Origin: Methanotrichaceae archaeon
GTDB lineage: Archaea; Halobacteriota; Methanosarcinia; Methanotrichales; Methanotrichaceae
NCBI GenBank assembly: GCA_963803145.1
Contig: CAWDLW010000012.1
Coordinates: forward strand, 32,001 to 96,000
Direction: 5' to 3'
DNA: 64,000 bases
Shown: one piece after another, positions 63,425 through 64,000 of the stretch
Numbering within the stretch: the stretch's first letter is position 1
Layout: each line of letters starts with the position of its first letter
Program-made: the position numbers and the translations under genes
Notes under the pieces: generated by a model
Seen by the model: the letters and a program-made list of their open reading frames with translations, nothing else
Told to the model about the DNA's origin: nothing
Database searches by the model: none

Positions 63425-63447
63425 CTTAACAGCGATGATTTCATACT

Positions 63448-63621
63448 ATGGCCGGAGCAAAAGGTCAGGCAACAACTCAGGACGCCAATGAGACGGCATT
63501 GAACGAGTTCGAAGCTGGTCTAGCCAGAAGCATTAGGCAGTACAAGGCAGGTTTAGTCAAGACTTTCAAGACCAAAGAAGAGTTTTTGGACCACCTGAAG
63601 GACCTTGAGAAAGATGCATGA
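63448..63621 (+). CDS. Putative antitoxin (57 aa, below ORF-track cut-off)
   Basis: MAGAKG...GLARSIRQYKAGLVKTFKTKEEFLDHLKDLEKDA; ATGA overlap with the toxin. Confidence 0.75.
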   Translation: MAGAKGQATTQDANETALNEFEAGLARSIRQYKAGLVKTFKTKEEFLDHLKDLEKDA

Positions 63622-63914
63622 ATTATGATTCTACACCGGAGTTTGATGAGCAATTTTTGAAACTTACCCAGAAGAATAAAGCCCTGGAGAAGAGACTTCT
63701 TAAGAAAATCGGCCAGATTCTTGATAATCCTTCAATCGGCACTCCAAAGCGTCATCAGCTCAGGCATACTCGCGGCTCCCATGTAGATCCTTATGTAATA
63801 ATCTACGTGGTCAAAGGCGATGTAATCACATTTCTATATGTAGATCATCACGATTTTGTCTACGAAAAAGCTTCGAAGGTCATGGAGAGATGGGAAAGGG
63901 AGATTGAGGATTAA
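63618..63914 (+). CDS. RelE/ParE-family toxin
   Basis: TPEFDEQFLKL...KKIGQILDNPSIG.PKR..L...R..HVDPYVIIY......FLYVDHHD.VY. Confidence 0.85.
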   Translation: MNYDSTPEFDEQFLKLTQKNKALEKRLLKKIGQILDNPSIGTPKRHQLRHTRGSHVDPYVIIYVVKGDVITFLYVDHHDFVYEKASKVMERWEREIED

Positions 63915-63925
63915 ATCTCCAAAAA

Positions 63926-64000
63926 TTGATTTTGACACCTTAGCCACAGGTAGTGCCAGCCACTTATGGCCAGGATGCGATAAGCGTTGGAACTAGAGCA
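63926..64000 (+). repeat. Degenerate direct repeat R3 (runs off window end)
   Basis: CCACAGGTAGTGCCAGCCACTTATGGCCAGGATGCGATAAGCGTTGGAA matches R1 from 62135. Confidence 0.88.

Noticed and set aside
62092-64000. CRISPR array or integron attC sites
   Set aside because: Repeats are about 240 bp and degenerate, are separated by whole genes, and show no GTTRRRY/RYYYAAC inverted cores; no cas or integrase gene is in the window.
1-64000. tRNA, rRNA, provirus
   Set aside because: No cloverleaf or rRNA signatures and no capsid, terminase or integrase genes were recognised by eye; a tRNAscan-SE run would be needed to exclude tRNAs formally.

Overview
Archaeal chromosomal DNA from a methanogen, most consistent with Methanotrichaceae (Methanothrix/Methanosaeta); this is inferred from methanogenesis marker 11, archaeal MCM/RFC-L/DnaG/Pth2/TruD/RibL/CoaD and lineage-typical DUF11 and acylphosphatase-coiled-coil proteins. 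Two housekeeping blocks (about 9-17 kb and 39-50 kb, the latter with an intein-containing MCM) alternate with accessory DNA. The accessory DNA holds an EVE-NucS nuclease running off the left edge, an IS200/IS605-derived MITE, HicBA and RelE-type toxin-antitoxin pairs, PAS histidine kinases, an erythromycin-esterase homolog, a frameshifted catalase, an IS481 with a 15-bp target duplication, and a low-GC ABC three-component (Lamassu-like) defence operon truncated by an IS5. Three observations stand out. (1) A 50.7-61.8 kb divergent locus encodes three paralogous small secreted pilin/WxL-like subunits, two paralogous two-domain chaperone-like proteins, a large DUF11-repeat protein and a membrane-anchored transglutaminase, suggesting an usher-less chaperone-assisted archaeal fimbrial system. 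(2) Two arrays have unrelated accessory genes alternating with degenerate long direct repeats. (3) A split sensor/kinase pair carries four exact 21-aa 'ALLNILED' repeats and a 'GRELKM' tail. No tRNA, rRNA or CRISPR array was seen. All family assignments are by motif recognition, not database search.
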